From: Octopus vulgaris
Lineage: Eukaryota
Assembly (NCBI GenBank): GCA_951406725.2
Contig: OX597826.1
Span: forward strand, 41,168,001-41,232,000
Direction: 5' to 3'
Length of the DNA stretch: 64,000 nucleotides
Position numbers and translations under genes: made by a program. Below, one piece after another: positions 39,063 to 51,919 of the stretch (position 1 is the first letter of the stretch; each line of letters starts with the position of its first letter). The notes below the pieces were generated by a model. The model searched no databases and was not told the origin of the DNA. It was given only the letters and a program-made list of their open reading frames with translations.

Positions 39063-40001
39063 TCATCATCGATTAACGTCCGCTTTCCATGCTAGCATGG
39101 GTTGGACGATTTTGACTGAGGGCTGGCGAGCCAGATGGCTGCACCAGGCTCCAATCTTGATCTGGCAGAGTTTCTACAGCTGGATGCCCTTCCTAATGCC
39201 AACCACTCCGAGAGTGTAGTAGGTGCTTTTTACGTGCCACAGGCACGGGGGCCAGTCAGGCGACACTGGCAACGACCTCGCTCGAATCTTTTTACACGTG
39301 CCACCGGCACAGGTGCCAGTTGGTAATGATCACGCTTGAATGGTGCCCTTTTATGTGCCACGGGTACAGAAGCCAGTTGGCTGCTCTGGCAACGATTACG
39401 CTCGGATGGTGCTCTTGGCACCCTACTAGCACAGGCATAAGTGCCAGTAAGGCGACGCTGGTAATGATCATACTCGAATAGCCGCTCTGTCAACGATCAC
39501 ACTCGTATGGTTTTCTTTGCACCCCACTAGCACGAATGCCAGTCATCGAATTGAATATATATATATATCATCATCATCATCATCGTTTAACGTCCATTTT
39601 CTGCGCTAGCACGGGTTGGACGGTTCGACCGGGGTCTGGGAAGCCAGGGGCTGCACCAGGCTCCAGTCTGATCTGGCAGTGTTTCTACAGCTGGATGCCC
39701 TTCCAAATGCCAACCACTCCACGAGTGTAGTGGGTGCTTTTTACGTGCCACCTGCACAGGTGCCAAGGTGTCTGGCATCGGCCACGATCGGTTGTTGCTT
39801 TTAACGTGTCACCGGCACGGAAGCCAGCCAAGGCGGCGCTGGCATTGGCCACGCTCAGATGGTGCTTTTTATGTGCCACCGGCACAGAAGCCAGTTGGGG
39901 CGGCGCTGGCATCAGCCACATTCGGATGGTGCTTTTTATGTGCCACCGGCACAGAAGCCAGTCAAGGTGGCGCTGGAATCGGCCACGTTTGGATGGTGCT
40001 T
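39061..40001 (-). mobile_element. Two tandem copies of repeat family D ((TGA)n-tailed retroposon with a minisatellite at the 5' side)
   Basis: (CAT)n...TTAACGTCC...CCATGCTAGCATGGGTTGGACG...CTACAGCTGGATGCCCTTCC, followed by tandem units of about 55-60 bp. Other copies at 9550, 42764, 54443 and 57463. Confidence 0.85.
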
Positions 40002-40343
40002 ATATATATATATTCAAATTTTGGCTCAAGGCCAGTCAGTTTGAGGAGAGGTTAAACTGATTACATCAACTCCAGTGTACAACTGGTACTTATATTATCA
40101 ACCCCAAATGGATGAAAGGCAACGTCAACCTCAGCAGAATTTGAACTCAGAGCATAAAGATGGACAAAATGTTGCTAAATGATTTGCCTGGCATGCTAAT
40201 GATTCTAACAGCTTGCTGCCTTAATATATATACATATACAGGGTGGCCATAAAGTCATGCACCATCCTGCAATATGTGAAATTACTAACATTCTCACTAA
40301 GCAACAGCAACCATAATCCAAAAAAAAAAACAAGTCAACATCA

Positions 40344-40720
40344 TTGGTAACCACTGAGCCGCTGTTTTATGTCGGAGTTATCCTAGTTACCTGAGTTACC
40401 TTCTCCTAGAAGGATGCCCTAACAAAGGCTAGGAGTTCTTCACTCCCAATGGTTTTACCGCGCGATCGGGTATTCAGCCCGATTATTTCTATGTCCCCAC
40501 GCATGATACAGCCTTAAGACATTTATTGGATGGCCGTTGACTCTCAAGAGTTCCTCCGCTCTTTGACGGGTTTTGTTTTTCATCCCGCAGGGTGTCCAAT
40601 AAACACCCTCCTCACCAAGCAAGTTTGGTGGGATTGCCGGTTTAGTCGCCAACGACCTGACCATGCAACAGGTTGTACTGGATTACATGTTACCAGTAGC
40701 ACTCGAAAGTGACCTGACAT
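40344..40720 (-). mobile_element. RTE-like 5'UTR or RTE-derived element
   Basis: The minus strand contains TTAGGGCATCCTTCTAGGAGAAGGTAACTC, resembling RTE 5'UTR motifs. CpG-rich, so probably young. Confidence 0.4.
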
Positions 40721-42763
40721 ACTTATTACATATATAATATATATAATACAATAACACCCTACAGATGTCAATAAAATTTAAATAAATTTAAAGCTTTATT
40801 TTTTTCTGTGTTGCCCAGTACAAATAATCCTTGGCTCAATGCTGGTCTATGGTCCAGTCATTGGGGACGTCTGCTTTATGTGGCCACTGAATCTGTTAGA
40901 AATAGTGGTCAAATCTACCCTCAAATCATTCCCTACTGTGTTAAAAAAAGTACATGAATAATTTAGATATATATCTGGGTGTGAGGGGACAAAGAAAAAA
41001 TATAAGATGAATTGGCAGCAATTAAGAATGTCGTTGACCTATTGATCTGCTTGTTTGATTCCATTGTGATGTGGATTATAAGCCCTTTTAACTCAATAGC
41101 AGCATCAGTGGAGAAGAAAGGCATGAGATGTTAAAAGGTACCATCAAAAACAATTTACTATATTTCATGGCATAAAAGACACAAGCATATAAGATGCACT
41201 CTAATTTCAGCAGCACATATTCAGAAAAAAGTTTTGAATGCATTAAAACAGTGATTCCCAATGCAGAGCATACACCCCACTGGTGGGTCCTGGGAAAATT
41301 GTAGTGGGTGTGGTGCCATAGTCACCAGACACAAGGTTCTCATTAAAGTGATCCACTTTTTTAACCTTAGTCAATAATGTACATTTTCTTTTTGTACTCA
41401 GCACTTAATAAAAGAGTTACTGGCAGGTTTTTTTTTTAAGTAATTGTGATAAAATATTAAAAATAACGTTTTTTTTTCTTTGGTGGGGATATACATTTTA
41501 CTGGAAAGTTACAGTGGGACCTAGGGGAAAATAGGCTGGGAAACACTACACTAAAGTATGTAATATAGGCCCAACTTCACATGTAAGATCTGGGGTACTT
41601 TTTGAGACAGGTTTCTGAGAAAAGTGTTTCTGCTATGCCATCAAATATGGTAAAGAGTGTGTTATTGTTTAACCCTAGGTCAGCCCTGAGGTCCCATGAT
41701 TGAAAGATATTTTAAATGGGACCAACGTATCTTCTTTTTCTGATGGTGCTGTGAGATTTCAGGAACTTTTTCGGCTATTATTTCTAGCATGCTGAAAAAT
41801 TACATTGAAGTCTCTTTCTTGGTTTCTAAATAGAGAGGTAATTGACAGAGAAATCACAGATAACAGAAATGAAGGGTAACCAGCTTGAGTGTCATACATG
41901 TGTGTACGGGTGTGTGTGTGTGTACACACATACGTATGTACATACATACATACAAAATGCATGAGAATATATATATACACACACACACACATATATTCTT
42001 TTATTCTTTTACTTGTTTCAGTCATTTGACTGCGGCCATGCTGGAGCACCGCCTTTAATCGAGCAACTCGACCCCGGGACTTATTCTTTTGTAAGTCCAG
42101 TACTTATTCTATCTTTCTCTTTTGCCGAACCGCTAAGTGACGGGGACATAAACACACCAGCATCGGTTGTCAAGCAATGCTAGGGGGACAAACACAGACA
42201 CACAAACACACACACATATATATATACATATATACGACAGGCTTCTTTCAGATTCCGTCTACCAAATCCACTCACAAGGCATTGGTCGGCCCGAGGCTAT
42301 AGCAGAAGACACTTGCCTAAGCGTCACGCAGTGGGACTGAACCCGGAGCCATGTGGTTGGTTAGCAAGCTACTTACCACACAGCCACTCATATAAACATA
42401 CAAATCTGCACATATACACACATGCAAAAATACCCTGTTGATGTTGAAATTCCTATGAAAGAGCCTTGGATCTATGTAAGAAACTGGCTGTTTCTCTGTT
42501 GGCAAGAAATCTTGAAATAAAACTGAATAATGACATACATAGTTACACAAGAAGTAGCACGAAGCAGTGATGAGAAATAAACAAACTTTAGGTCAGTTCA
42601 AATATGTTTTTGACATATCTTAACTTCTAAAGATGCCACCTAAAGCAGACGTCCCCAATGACTGGACCATAGACCAGCTTTGAGCCAAGGATTATTTGTA
42701 CTGGGCAACACAGAAAAAAATAAAGCTTTATATTTATTTTAATTTTATTGACATCTGTAGGGT

Positions 42764-43202
42764 CCGTTGCCAGCCTCGCCTGGCCCCCGTGCCGTTGGCA
42801 CGTAAAAGCACCATCCGCTCGTGTCCGTTGCCAGCCTTGCCTGGCCCCCGTGCCGGTAGCACGTAAAAGTACCATCCGTTCGTGTCCGTTGCCAGCCTCG
42901 CCTGGCCCCCGTGCCGGTAGCACGTAAAAGCACCATCCGTTCGTGTCCGTTGCCAGCCTCGACTGGCACGTAAAAACACCATCCGTTCATGGCCGTTTGC
43001 CAGCTCTGTCTGGCACCTGTGTAGGTGGCACGTAAAAAGCACCCACTACACTCACGGAATGGTTGGCATTAGGAAGGGCATCCAGCCGTAGAAACACTGC
43101 CAAATCTGACTGGGCCTGATGAAGCCTTCCAGCTTCACAGACCCCAGTTAAACCGTCCAACCCATGCTAGCATGGAAAACGGACGCTAAATGATGATGAT
43201 GA
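42764..43202 (+). mobile_element. Family D retroposon with 8-bp TSD
   Basis: TGTAGGGT at 42756-42763 and 43203-43210, with a (GAT)n tail. Confidence 0.9.
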
Positions 43203-43479
43203 TGTAGGGTGTTATTGTATTATATATATTATATATGTAATAAGTATGTCAGATCACTTTCGAGTGCTACTTCATGCGACTACTAAAGTATTTGTTCAGA
43301 ATGCACAGTCTACAAGTGCAAATCAGTCACTGGTATTGACTGATCCATTATAAAGCTACAGTTTTCTGTCAGATCAGGATTACCTCTCTTTGGTGTCCCC
43401 TACTGAATATGGCATAGTTGGCCAGAAGTGTGTCTAATGGTCCAATAGTGGGTGTGCCATAAAAAGTGAGTCTAGAGGC

Positions 43480-44567
43480 CAGCATGAGGAATATGTTAAA
43501 ATTGTTTTTGAGAAGATAAAGGAGTATGGATTCAAACTTAGCGAGGAAAAATGCGAATTTTTCATGCCAGAAATAAAGTATCTAGGGCAAGTTATTGATA
43601 AAAATGGTCACAGGCCACATCCTTCAAGATCGAGGGCAATAAAAAATATACTTATTCTGAAAAATATTACACCATTATAAGCGTTCTTAGGACTCACAAA
43701 CTATTACCAAATATACATACCAAACATGCATGAGCTAAGAGCACCCCTAAACAACCTATTGAAAAAAGGTGTTAAATGGTATTGGTTAGACAGGTGTGAA
43801 AAAGCGTTTAAAGAAATTTAAAAAGTTTATCATCAGAACTGTCATTATTGTACTTTGATCCAAATTTAAAAACAGTAGTAGCATCAGATGCTGGCGAAAG
43901 TGGGAGAGGAGCGGTAATTTTACACAAGTATGAAAATGGTAGCGTAAAACCCATTGCTCATGCTTCAAGTTCATTGTTGGCAGCTGAAAAAGACTACAGC
44001 CAAATTGAGAAGGAGGCACTAGCCATTATTTTTGTGTTGAAAAAATTTCACAAATTCACACAGGGAAGGAAATTCAGACCACCACCCATTGTTGTCAATT
44101 TACGGATCGAGAAGGGGTATCACCACACATACAGCCATCTGATTGCAACACTGGGGGATGGTCCTGCTAAGTTATGATTTTAAGATGAAATTTCTACTAT
44201 TGTAAAAATTAGGACATGTGGATGGGCTGTCAAGATTGATTCCTAAATACAATGAACTGTTAGAGGTAATAGCGGAATTAAAAGTTGAAATCGAAATAAA
44301 AAACATACTCTGCAATGTAGTATGCGAACTACCTGTCACTTTAGAAGAAATAAAAATTAAAGCAGAGAAGGATGCGTTCATAATAATAATGAAAAAATAG
44401 TGAAGTTTGAAATAAATACAAAATCTCATGTAACCAAAGGTGTGGTATGCACAGATGCTTTGTAAAGACAGTTGTAGAATAGATGTTGTTTGTTATGTGT
44501 TGTTTCTGATTTATATTTGTATTGTTATAACCTTGTTATAAGTCCACATAATAAAGTGGCATATACA
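43480..44567 (+). mobile_element. Ty3/Gypsy pol remnant (RT C-terminus, RNase H) with a possible short LTR at 44441-44567
   Basis: YGFKLSEEKCEFFMPEIKYLGQVI; FLGLTNYY; VVASDAGESGRGAVILH...YSQIEKEALAIIF. The putative LTR runs TGTGGTATGC...GCATATACA after a purine run. Confidence 0.85.
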
Positions 44568-44569
44568 GT

Positions 44570-44760
44570 GAGTTCAATGAAGTACATAACAGTGTTGACA
44601 AGACACAACACATGTATAAATGAATCAAAGAGATGCAAGTTATGCATAACTGAAAGACCACACATTCTTTTTAAGTCCAAGAATTCCACCACACTACTTA
44701 ATTCTAGAGCAGAAATTTTTAGTAAATGCAGCATGGACTAGTTTCTTTTGTTAAACTGGA
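44570..44760 (+). mobile_element. Penelope-like element, GIY-YIG endonuclease C-terminal remnant
   Basis: NESKRCKLCITERPHIL...LLNSRAEIFSKC resembles the PLE C-terminal KRCxLCxxEK...LLNKRxE..KC motif. Confidence 0.65.
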
Positions 44761-47146
44761 GGACACAATCTGCTCTGAAGTAAGTAGCTATTTCACAGAC
44801 TTAGGCCTCTTTGTTAGGTTATTCTACACCAGCTATATTGATAATGATTTCTACAGATAAAGAGAATGACATCCTTAGTATCAGCACTAGGGAATTTACC
44901 AAGTAACAAACATTTTTTCAAATTTCTTATTCATAATTCAGGGGATTGACTAGTCACACAAAAATCTTAAAGATCAGTGAGTGGATAAAAGCAAATTAAC
45001 CACAGTTCTTTTTTTTTTTTTTATAGCCTGGTACTTATTATGTGAGTCTCTTGCCAAACAGCTAAGTTACAGGGACATAAACACACCAATTCCAGTTGTC
45101 AAGCAGTGGCGAAGGACATGTTCATGCACAAACACATAGATATATACATATATGCATATTGGTAAAATGAGACATACTTATCTACATGGCCGAAACAGCT
45201 GTAAGATGTAATCTATACTTATATTTATATTTACTTATATTTATATTCTCTTTTTTATATATATTCTACTTATTATACAACATTACTCTTTTATGTACAC
45301 TTTTTTATGTACATTCCTTTGTGTACACTGATTTGTTCTGCTTTTTTATGTTTAACACTACAGTCTCTTATGTGGTGGTTTAATAAAGTATGTGATTGAG
45401 TATTATCTGATAATTGACATTTGATTTAGATGTATTTCTCCATTTTCTTATCTTGTATGTATATATATATATACGATGGGCTTTTTTCAGTTTCTGTCAA
45501 CTATATCCACTCATAAGGGGCCATCGATATTAAACTGATTTTTAGAACAAGGCAAAGAGTTAGGGGTTGGCTCCACCTTTACCATGGGTTGGCTTGGTAC
45601 TGCAGTGCTTCCATTTATAGGTGCAGGCATGGGTGTGTGGTAAGAAGCTTGCTTCTCAACCACATGGTTCCACGTTCAGTCCAACTGTGTGACACTTTGG
45701 GCAAGTGTCTTCTACTGTTGCTTCAGGCTGACCAAAGCCTTGGGAGTGGATTTGGTAGATAGAAACTAAAAGAAGCCTGTTGTATATACATATATATATA
45801 TATATATATATAGTTTTTTTATGACCACCTCATATGTATACCCCATGCTACTAAAAGTTTCATGCACATGGAACCAACATACATTCTTCAGGTGGTAGCC
45901 AAACCATTGGACTTAAGTAGTTTAAATACTGGACCAAATTTAAAAACGGGGTGAAAAATCCCAATACTGGAACAGATTATGTGGAAGATACCATTAAGTT
46001 GACTATGCAGAATGTAAACTTTGAAATGCAACAATCGAATGGTGGAGCACCGCCTTTAATCGAGCAACTCGACCCTGGAACTTATTCTTTTGTAAGCCCA
46101 GTACTTATTCTATCGGTCTCTTTTGCTGAACCGCTAAGTTACAGGGACATAAACAAACCAGCATCGGTTGTCAAACAATGCTAGGGGGACAAACACAGAC
46201 ACACAAACACACACGCATATATATACATATATACGACGGGCTTCTTTTCAGTTTCCGTCTACCAAATCCACCCACAAGGCTTTGGTTGGCCCAAGGCTAT
46301 AGTAGAAGACACTTGCCCAAGGTGCCACGCAGTGGGACTGAACCCGGAACCATGTGGTTGGTAAACAAGCTACTTACCACACAGCCACTCCTGACATACA
46401 TACATACATACATACATTTATACATACATACATACATACATACATACATACATACATACATACATACATACATACATAATCAGAAAATGGAGAAAACCTC
46501 AAATCAATAAACACACCTGTTGGACCACATTTCTAGCATATTATTTAATACAAACCACAACAAAACATTTATGTCACATAAATGTTATGTCATGTTTTGT
46601 ATTAAATAAGCTATAAATGTGGTTCAACAGGTGTGTTTGTTGATCTGAGGATTTCTCCATTTCCTGATTATTTATATTTGTTTCCTGATAAACTTTTGTT
46701 TATATTCTGTTGTTACCTGTACTCTATGAGCATAGAGTGCCTGCATACCCATGCCCAGAGATAAAATGAGTAACAGATACCGATAGTATATACAGATATT
46801 TTATCCCTTAGTCGGTTATAATAACCACTAACTCTACTTACATGTGTGTGTGTGTGTGTATGTGTGCATGCGTGCGCATGTGTGTGTGTGTTTTTGTGTA
46901 TAATGAACCGTGGGCAGCTCTTCAGCTGACCAGTTCCTCTCAAACTGTTTAACCCATGCCAGCATGGAAAATAGATGTTGAATGATGGTGATGATGATGA
47001 TATATACCTATATATATACTATATAGAGGGCATTATTACACATAAATGCCACACGCTAGGAGGGACTTTTAAAGTCATAACTACCAAAAATAAACAAATC
47101 GTACCGAATGCAGCTCTCGAAGCAAGACATTTAATGACAGAATTTA

Positions 47147-47210
47147 GTTCCAGATCACCTGTGATTTCGCAATTAACGTATTATCTACGTCTCTTGCTCT
47201 TCAGTGAAAC
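47147..47210 (-). ncRNA. Type I hammerhead ribozyme with intact core
   Basis: Minus strand: GTTTCA-CTGAAGA-GCAA(GAG)ACGTA GATAA TACGT(TAA)TTGC-GAAA-TCAC AG GTGA-TC-TGGAAC. Stem I, the CUGANGA core, stem II with G10.1-C11.1, GAAA, stem III and an AUC cleavage triplet are all present. Confidence 0.85.
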
Positions 47211-49237
47211 GAATTCAAAATATATCATGAATGAACAAAACCAACATACCAGGCGGAACCAGACAGACAACCGTCGCCTCCATCGTAGCATATGAAAATG
47301 TTCACCCCCTCATATATTTATGTAGGGAATACTTGATAAGTGTAAGCACCTGTATATGCCAGATAGTGGCAGAGGTGAGAGAATATATCAAACATAAATT
47401 GAAAACAGAACACAAAGGATATCGTGCACTGCGATATCCATTGTGCTCTGTTTTCAATTTATGCTTGATATATATATATTTTTGTTTCAGCCATTTGACT
47501 GCGGCCATGCTGGAGCACCGCCTTTAGTTGAGCAAATCAACCCCAGGACTAATTCTTTGTAAGCCTAACAATTATTCTATCAGTCTTTCTTGCCAAACCA
47601 CTAAGTGACGGGGACGTAAACACACCAGCATTGGTGTGTATATCCATATATATATATGATGTACTTCAATTAATTAATTAATGATTTGTCTTTGTTTTTT
47701 AAGTATACTATTTTATAACATATTTTATTACTGTGATTCTCTTTTAGTGATTTACTTATCTCTACTTTACCAAGTCCAGTAAAATCTGTTACACTGAGGA
47801 TGTCTCTAAATACTAAAACATACATGAAGTTATCTCCCTTACTTTCAGTAAAGATTTAAATGATATCAGTCATTGAGATAATGTTCTGCTGTCCTCACTA
47901 CATTAGTATTTTTAATTCTGTTTTTGATTCCTTGGGTTAAACATGTTCAGCCCTCTCTACTTAACTGTAGATAACATAAAGGATCACCAGCTCAGTAGAT
48001 ACCAGATCAAATCTATTGTAGGCATTACATTTTGTTTTGGAGCTGAAAATTACATTCTACATCACTTCAGTTCATCTAACAGGTAACAAAACTAGATTTT
48101 CAGTGAAATGGTCCCTAACATTGAGCAAACAGGTGCACAACTGATCCTCTTTACCACACCAGTAAATAGGATAAATAATATTCTTATGTTAAGGTGGGGA
48201 GCTGGCAGAATTGTTAGCATGCTGGGAAAAAGACTTAGCAGCATTTTGTTTACTTTTATGTTCTGAGTTCAAATTCTGCCAAGGTCAACTTTGCCTTTCA
48301 TCTTTTCAAGGTTGATAAAATAAGTACCAGTTGCACACTGGGGATCGATGTAATTGACTTATCCTCTTCTCGTGAACTTGCTGGCTTTAATACCAAAATT
48401 TGAAACCAATATTCTTACTATGTGGTTAGGACAACAATAATGGACTGGTAGAGTTGGTAAAGTGCCAAACAAAATATATCATGGTATTTATTTATGTCTC
48501 TTTATGATTTGAGTTCAAATTTCACTAAGGGTTAACTTCGTTTTTCTCCTTCCCTGTCAGTAAAACAAACACCAGCTGTAAACTGGAGTTGATCTAATTA
48601 ACTGTTCATATTTCCAAAGTTGTTTCCCCAAACTATTTCTCCTCCCCCTCCTCCTTGCAGTATGTATTCTAAACGTACAAGTAATGGAGTCAATTTTTCT
48701 TCCTCTTCTCTCTGGAAGAAATTATTTACTGTTAAGAACTTTTTCCCTAAATATGTGTTTCTGAAATTGGAGTGTGTTTAAAACGCCTATGTATCTTTTA
48801 TACCATCAAATACAGCATGTCTAAACCTGGCCCAAACAGGATTGGGTTCCACCAAATTTAAAATGTTCAAAACATGCCATAAGTCACAAGAGTATCACAA
48901 TTCTATCAGGAGTTGATAACTCATGGAAGGATCTCTATACAACTGCCCTCACCTTTTCTTGTCTCTCTCCTTAGCCACCATTTATCTCCTCTCAATTTAT
49001 TGTCCCCTATTTTAAAAGACATTCCATGCATCATTCCAACCATCTCATTACAAGAGGGCTACAATTATTGGAGCAATAAATCTAATTTGGATTCAGTTTA
49101 GAAAAATCATTTATTATTTCTTTTAAATCTTGTGGACAATACAAGAATGGACTGGAGAGTTCATCAGCTGACTATGAAGAAGTGATGCCATAGCTGTGAA
49201 ATCTTACATGGTCACAGTCATATAACTGAAACAAGTA

Positions 49238-50303
49238 TCTCTTATGATAAAGGGCAGATTTTCTCTGCCTGTGACTATGTTTCTTTTTAATACAATTGTA
49301 CAATATAGAATTTCTTCAATTGGAATTTACCTATGATTTTTCGAAGTAGATTCGATTGGGTCATGGCATATAAATTTTTTTCAATTTGACCCCCAATTAA
49401 ACAAAAATCCGAGAAAACTAAATATTTTACGATTTGCCTCTCTCATTTCAAGTGCTTCACTCCTTCTATTACCACACTTTCTCCTACTTTCTCTTTGCAA
49501 GTGTACCTTAAACCACTACTCAAAAAAAAAAAATACAGAGGAAACAGAAACAAATAAATACATAACGATTTACTCCTCACACAATTTCTTCAATTGGAAT
49601 TTACCTATGATTTTTTGAAGTACATTCCACTGGGTCATGGCATATAAATTCCTTTCAATTTGACCCCCAATTAAGCAAAAATTCGAGAAAACTCAATATT
49701 TTATGATTTCCCTCTCTCACTCCAAATGCTTTACTCCTTCTATTACCACACTTCTCCTACTTTCTCTTTACACACATATACATATATGACAGTGACAAAC
49801 ACAAACGTTTCAAACAACTACATACAAACACTCAAACACACACACACACACACGTGTGTGTTTGTTATTAGTAAAAAAGGCGCCAAACACAATTCACTTT
49901 CTCATTCGAACACATTTGCAAACACACACCAACAATTCACTGACATATGGTGAGTAGATGCTAGCCGCTCACATTATGAGTTACACTATTACACCAATTG
50001 TACTGGGACTGTTGTCTACTTCCTGTTAGTTTTTAGTGTCGAGGAAACAAAACTTTCTCTCGAGAAATAACAAAAAAAAAACACTCCTAGATTTCACAAA
50101 GGACTTTAAGAAACGATAGGAACTAAGTTCAGTTGAAGAAAAGAGACGGATTTAAGGAAATCAGACAGTCGAATTGCCATGATAACTCAACAGAAAAGGT
50201 AAATTGGTTTTTAATTTACATTCTGTCGCTAAGTTTTCGTAGTATTAATTTGCGAGCGTACTTCAGTTGTCAATTGTTGAAAGAAAGAAATTGTAAGCTA
50301 AGA

Positions 50304-50343
<40 letters not shown>

Positions 50344-50858
50344 TGGTGTGTGTGGTGGTGTGTGTGTGTGTGTGAGGAAGTGAAGGATAAAAATATGGCA
50401 AGAAGTGGACAGATGTACATATATACATACATACATACATACATGTGTGTGTATTAATGTGTGTGTTATCTCTCTCTATATAAAGCTGAAGTTGTCTGTG
50501 TGCGCCAGGTTTGGTAGCCTTCAACTAACACTATCTCTTCCGAGACCCTGCGGCGCAAGTTGACCAAAATTGAGAGTATGATAGAAGAAGGGTTGCTCTT
50601 CCTTCCGTAGAAGATAAAATTCAAATCGGACCATGTTAACACCAAAAATTATTTACATCAAAAAGGTGCTTTTTTTATGAAAATCCCTATTTTTTACGAT
50701 TTTTTCACTGCTGTGTCGCCACTTTTCGGTGTATTTCAACCAGAAAAATGTTCACTTGAAGAGAATAACAAGCTACATAATGCAAAATTTTTACTTTTAA
50801 AAAATTCCAATTCCAGCGGGTCGAAACAAACCCGAGCAACGCCGGGTGATACTGCTAG
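49238..50858 (+). mobile_element. Composite non-autonomous Helitron(s)
   Basis: 5' A|TCTCTTATGATAAAGGGCAGATTT resembles the 3137 element. There is an internal direct repeat (near 49308 and 49582) and a second 5' module at about 50469. 3' end CCCGAGCAACGCCGGGTGATACTGCTAG|T. Confidence 0.8.
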
Positions 50859-51919
50859 TAAGAAATAAAAGAAAATTTGGTCATATTCCATGAGAGTATC
50901 TTGATCAGCCTATAAACTTTTCAGTCGACCCTCATAGCGTTATTGATTGTAGATTTTTCAATAATCCAGTCACAGAATCATTGTATTTATGATGTTGACA
51001 AGGGATCTTTTCTGAGATCTGGGCAAAACAAATAGCACAAAAAGTGCTTTTGCTTGAATACATTGGCTGATCACTTTTCAATTTTTGGTTGATATACAAA
51101 AGCAGAAGATATGCAAACACAATACGGAGGGAAATGAAAGAAGTAATTCAAATGGGTCATTGATATCCAAGTTGTATTAAGGTCTTTGTGTGGAGGTTGG
51201 AGTGAACTAACTTCCCTGTATATATATATATACATATATAAAGTTAATCCAAACAAGAAAACACAGAAAAAAAGAGAAAAAACACAGCAACGCGAGGACG
51301 TGGAACAATTAAAGTATTATTGACGCTCAGGAAAGAAGGGAAGGAGGGTTTAACGTTTCGAGCGGAGCTCTTCGTCGGAAACAAGGAGAAGGAAAGATCC
51401 CAAGAAGGGAAGACAGAGGAAAAAAATATTTTTGCTGGTGGTGCTCAAGAGATCACATGTTGAAAGAACAGAAGTTGAGAGGTAGACGAATCATGATTTT
51501 TAAAAGCAAGAGAGTTTCAAAAAAAAGGGAATGTGTGTGGGTGCATGTGTGTGTGTGTGTGTGCAAGGGTGATATATATGTATATATACATATAGTAGGT
51601 CTGGTTTCCTGCCATTTGATTAAGATGATAAAGATTAAAAATAAAATAGTGATTTTGTCCTTTAAGAAAAAAGAATCAAGTTGACACTTCAAAGAGTTGT
51701 TGTTGGTCTGTCCTTTTTTCTTTTTACTTCCCTTAATCATTTATACAACTTTCAAACTTGAAAGACAGAAATTCTCCCTATATTTTTATAGGATATTTTT
51801 GAATCATGGGTACTTGATTTTTTTTTTTTCTTAAAGGGAAAAATTACTATCTTATTTAAAACAAAATAATATTCTCTATCATCTTAACCAAAAGGCAGAA
51901 AAACAGACAGAGAGTCTTT

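Noticed and set aside
39225-40000. Regularly spaced repeats resembling a CRISPR array
   Set aside because: This is a eukaryotic minisatellite within a retroposon, with no unique spacers or cas genes.
40640-40720. Possible HDV-like ribozyme at the 5' end of the RTE-like element
   Set aside because: I could not build a consistent P1/P2/P3/P1.1 pseudoknot by eye; a descriptor search would be needed.
41249-41548. Possible hAT MITE (CAGTGATTCCCCAA...GGGAAACACTA)
   Set aside because: The TIRs and TSD are too degenerate to call.
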